This document shows positions 62,126 through 64,000 of a stretch of 64,000 nucleotides of DNA, one piece after another. The notes beneath the pieces are model-generated. The model was not told where the DNA came from. It did not search any database and worked only from the letters and a program-made list of their open reading frames with translations. Each line of letters opens with the position of its first letter. Within the stretch, counting starts at the first letter, position 1. The position numbers and the translations under genes were made by a program. Source of the stretch: an uncultured Desulfovibrionaceae bacterium (GTDB taxonomy: Bacteria; Desulfobacterota; Desulfovibrionia; Desulfovibrionales; Desulfovibrionaceae); assembly GCA_964369995.1 (NCBI GenBank), contig CAYJHH010000001.1, forward strand, positions 3,048-67,047, written 5' to 3'.

Positions 62126-62395
62126 TAAAAACTGCTGTATGTAGTAACATAGGCTAATATAAGCTCGCTTCATATGAATATGGGCATATATGGGCTAAAG
62201 AAAACCTCTTTTCAAAATGTAGAACAAGAATTACAGAAAAATATTTCCCTATAATTTATTGAAATTTCAAATATTTTTCCCTTTTTTTATTTTTCCTTTT
62301 ACTTTTTTCGTGCCAAACGCGCTCAAAGTATTATATTACATAGAGTATCTTCTTCTATAAATGCAGCACATCATCCTTATACAAAGGAGTCGCAC

Positions 62396-64000
62396 ATGTC
62401 TCATGACGCAGATAAACTCAGTCGTCGCGCCTTTCTTAAAGGAGGCAGTCTTATTTTAGCCTCTTCTGTCTTTCCCATTTCCATAGAAATCATCAATCCG
62501 GGTGAAGCCAAAGCTTTAGAAAATCTCCCCAAAAATCTTGAAAAAGTTTTTTGGAATTCCTGTAATGTTAATTGCGGTAGTCGCTGTGCTTTGCGTGTAC
62601 ATGTCAAAGACGGAGTCATCACCCGCATTGAAACAGATAACACCGGAGATGACAGCTATGGCACGCAACAATTACGAGCCTGTCCACGTGGGCGTTCCAT
62701 GCGCCAGCGCATTTATGCTGAAGAGCGCATCCCCTACCCCTTAAAACGTGTGGGGGAGCGTGGCCAAGGCAAATTTGAGCGCATTAGCTGGGAAGAGGCT
62801 TTTAAAGAGTTGGCCAGCCGTCTTAAAAAGACTCTTGATACCTATGGCAATGAAGCCGTGTATTTAAACTATGGTACAGGTGCTTTAGGCAGTACCATGG
62901 GAAAAAGTTGGCCACCTGCTGCCACCCCTGTGGCAAGACTTATGAATATTTTGGGTGGCTATTTAAACCATTATTCAGATTATTCTACCTGTCAAATCAC
63001 CGTGGGCATGCCATATTTATATGGCGGAGGCTGGGTAGACGGCAGCAGTCTCTCTGACATTGAAAACAGTGAACTAGCCGTATTTTTTGGTAATAACCCT
63101 TCAGAAACTCGTATGTCCGGCTGTAAAGCCAAAACATTACAGCATGCCAGATTTAGCAAAAACACACGTATGATTATGGTAGATCCGCGCTATTCTGACA
63201 CCATGGTCTCTTCGGGTGATGAGTGGGTACCCATTCGCCCCGGTACCGATACAGCTTTATGCGCTGCGCTGGCTCATGTGATGATTACCGAAGATCTCAT
63301 AGATAAAGAATTTATTAAAACCTACACTCTCGGTTATGATGAAGACTCTTTACCACAAGGCGCTCCTAAAGGCTCTTCATATAAATCGTATATTTTGGGA
63401 CTTGGCCCCGATAACATAGCCAAAACACCAGCCTGGGCCGCTACCATTACGGGTTATCCTGCGCCCAAAATTCAACGCCTTGCCCGCCAAATTGCCAGTG
63501 CCAAACCTTGCTTTATTTGCCAAGGTTGGGGGCCACAGCGCAGCACCCATGGCGAAAATATTTCCCGTGCCATAGGTATGTTAGCAGTGCTTACCGGCAA
63601 TGTGGGTATTGCCGGCGGCAATACAGGAGCACGCGAAAGTGGGGGGTATGGCCTTGGTATGGCCACCTTCCCCACCTTACAAAACCCCATAAAAACAGCT
63701 ATTTCATGCTTCAACTGGTATGAGGCCATTGACAATTACACCACCATGACCGCCGAAACATCCGGTGTACGCGGACGTGATAAACTCATTGCCCCCATTA
63801 AATTTTTCTGGAATTACGCCGGTAATTGTATCACCAATCAACATGGCGGCATTAATCAAATGCATCCCATCTTACAAGATGAAAATAAATGCGAAACTAT
63901 CGTGGTGCTTGACACAACCCTTACCCCTTCGGCACGGTATGCAGACTTGCTCTTGCCTGTATGCTCTAACCTTGAAGAACATGACTTTGCCCCCGCAGGA
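62396..64000 (+). CDS. dmsA: DMSO-reductase-family molybdopterin oxidoreductase catalytic subunit, 5' part (continues beyond window)
   Basis: Hand-translated open frame from the ATG at 62396 to the window end (535 codons, no stop). It has a Tat signal SRRAFLKGG and the Fe-S motif CNVNCGSRCALRVHVKDG. Long colinear similarity to E. coli DmsA as I recall it (GNNPSETRMSG, DPRYSDT, PIRPGTDTAL, GWGPQR, LTGNVGIAGGN, NYAGNCITNQH). Confidence 0.9.
   Translation, partial: MSHDADKLSRRAFLKGGSLILASSVFPISIEIINPGEAKALENLPKNLEKVFWNSCNVNCGSRCALRVHVKDGVITRIETDNTGDDSYGTQQLRACPRGRSMRQRIYAEERIPYPLKRVGERGQGKFERISWEEAFKELASRLKKTLDTYGNEAVYLNYGTGALGSTMGKSWPPAATPVARLMNILGGYLNHYSDYSTCQITVGMPYLYGGGWVDGSSLSDIENSELAVFFGNNPSETRMSGCKAKTLQHARFSKNTRMIMVDPRYSDTMVSSGDEWVPIRPGTDTALCAALAHVMITEDLIDKEFIKTYTLGYDEDSLPQGAPKGSSYKSYILGLGPDNIAKTPAWAATITGYPAPKIQRLARQIASAKPCFICQGWGPQRSTHGENISRAIGMLAVLTGNVGIAGGNTGARESGGYGLGMATFPTLQNPIKTAISCFNWYEAIDNYTTMTAETSGVRGRDKLIAPIKFFWNYAGNCITNQHGGINQMHPILQDENKCETIVVLDTTLTPSARYADLLLPVCSNLEEHDFAPAG

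Noticed and set aside
62259-62270. Perfect 12-bp palindrome TTGAAATTTCAA upstream of dmsA, considered as an FNR/CRP-type box
   Set aside because: The half-site spacing (TGA-N4-TCA) differs from the FNR/CRP consensus (TTGAT-N4-ATCAA, i.e. TGA-N6-TCA). It may still bind another regulator, but I cannot assign it.
55792-62395. Sigma-54 (-24/-12, TGGCAC-N5-TTGC) promoters near the EBP, the STAS operon and dmsA
   Set aside because: I scanned the intergenic regions by eye. Only partial matches appeared (e.g. the reverse complement of 62296-62310 gives TGGCACGAAAAAAGT, which lacks the -12 TTGC). None is convincing.
1-64000. CRISPR arrays, reverse transcriptase/retron or DGR elements, transposases
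   Set aside because: I noticed no regularly spaced repeat array beyond short 2-4 copy operator-like repeats. No ORF carries RT (YxDD) or transposase (DDE) motifs, and no rRNA genes were seen.

Overview
The window holds about 43 kb of a lambda-like siphovirus prophage (1-42914) followed by about 21 kb of chromosome. All homology calls rest on motif recognition and gene order by eye, with no searches run, so family names are hypotheses to confirm with HMM or structure searches.

Prophage: the integrase end is cut by the window edge and the other end abuts tRNA-Arg(UCU) at 42915-42991. The backbone is clear:
- integrase, excisionase-like HTH, and a divergent Cro-like/CI-like switch;
- ParB-methylase, primase, and a P4/D5-type helicase-primase;
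- GpA terminase, gpW, portal, S49 protease, gpD-like and gpE-like head genes;
- endolysin and holin;
- a gpG/gpGT chaperone with a G GGA AAC -1 frameshift site;
- tape measure and distal tail genes.

Visibly AT-rich accessory islands interrupt this backbone:
- (a) 5210-9144: a six-gene cassette co-oriented with the CI-like repressor, in the position lambda uses for rexAB. It encodes a secreted protein, a 2-TM protein with an overlapping soluble partner, a zinc-ribbon protein, a ParB/Srx-fold protein and a Dam-family methylase.
- (b) 9.2-13.7 kb: an amidoligase fused to a DUF3489-like domain, hicAB, a standalone Lit/ImmA-like HExxH peptidase, and a 79-aa NrdD-type glycyl-radical mini-protein.
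- (c) 32965-34441: a DUF4238 protein inserted between terminase and gpW.
- The early-left operon also carries a PLA2-like protein and two tandem nucleoside-deoxyribosyltransferase-fold proteins.

My best candidate for an undescribed system is cassette (a). The peptidase, the glycyl-radical spare part and the amidoligase module are further leads.

Chromosomal part: it looks like an anaerobic Gram-negative bacterium that uses selenocysteine and sigma-54. It carries:
- folC, selA, an M18 aminopeptidase, an NlpC/P60 lipoprotein, a flavoprotein and a DHH phosphoesterase;
- an orphan operon of radical SAM, TVP38, disulfide reductase and a DUF2064-GT2 fusion;
- a STAS/PP2C/RsbW-like partner-switching cluster around a sigma-54 activator;
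- the 5' part of dmsA.
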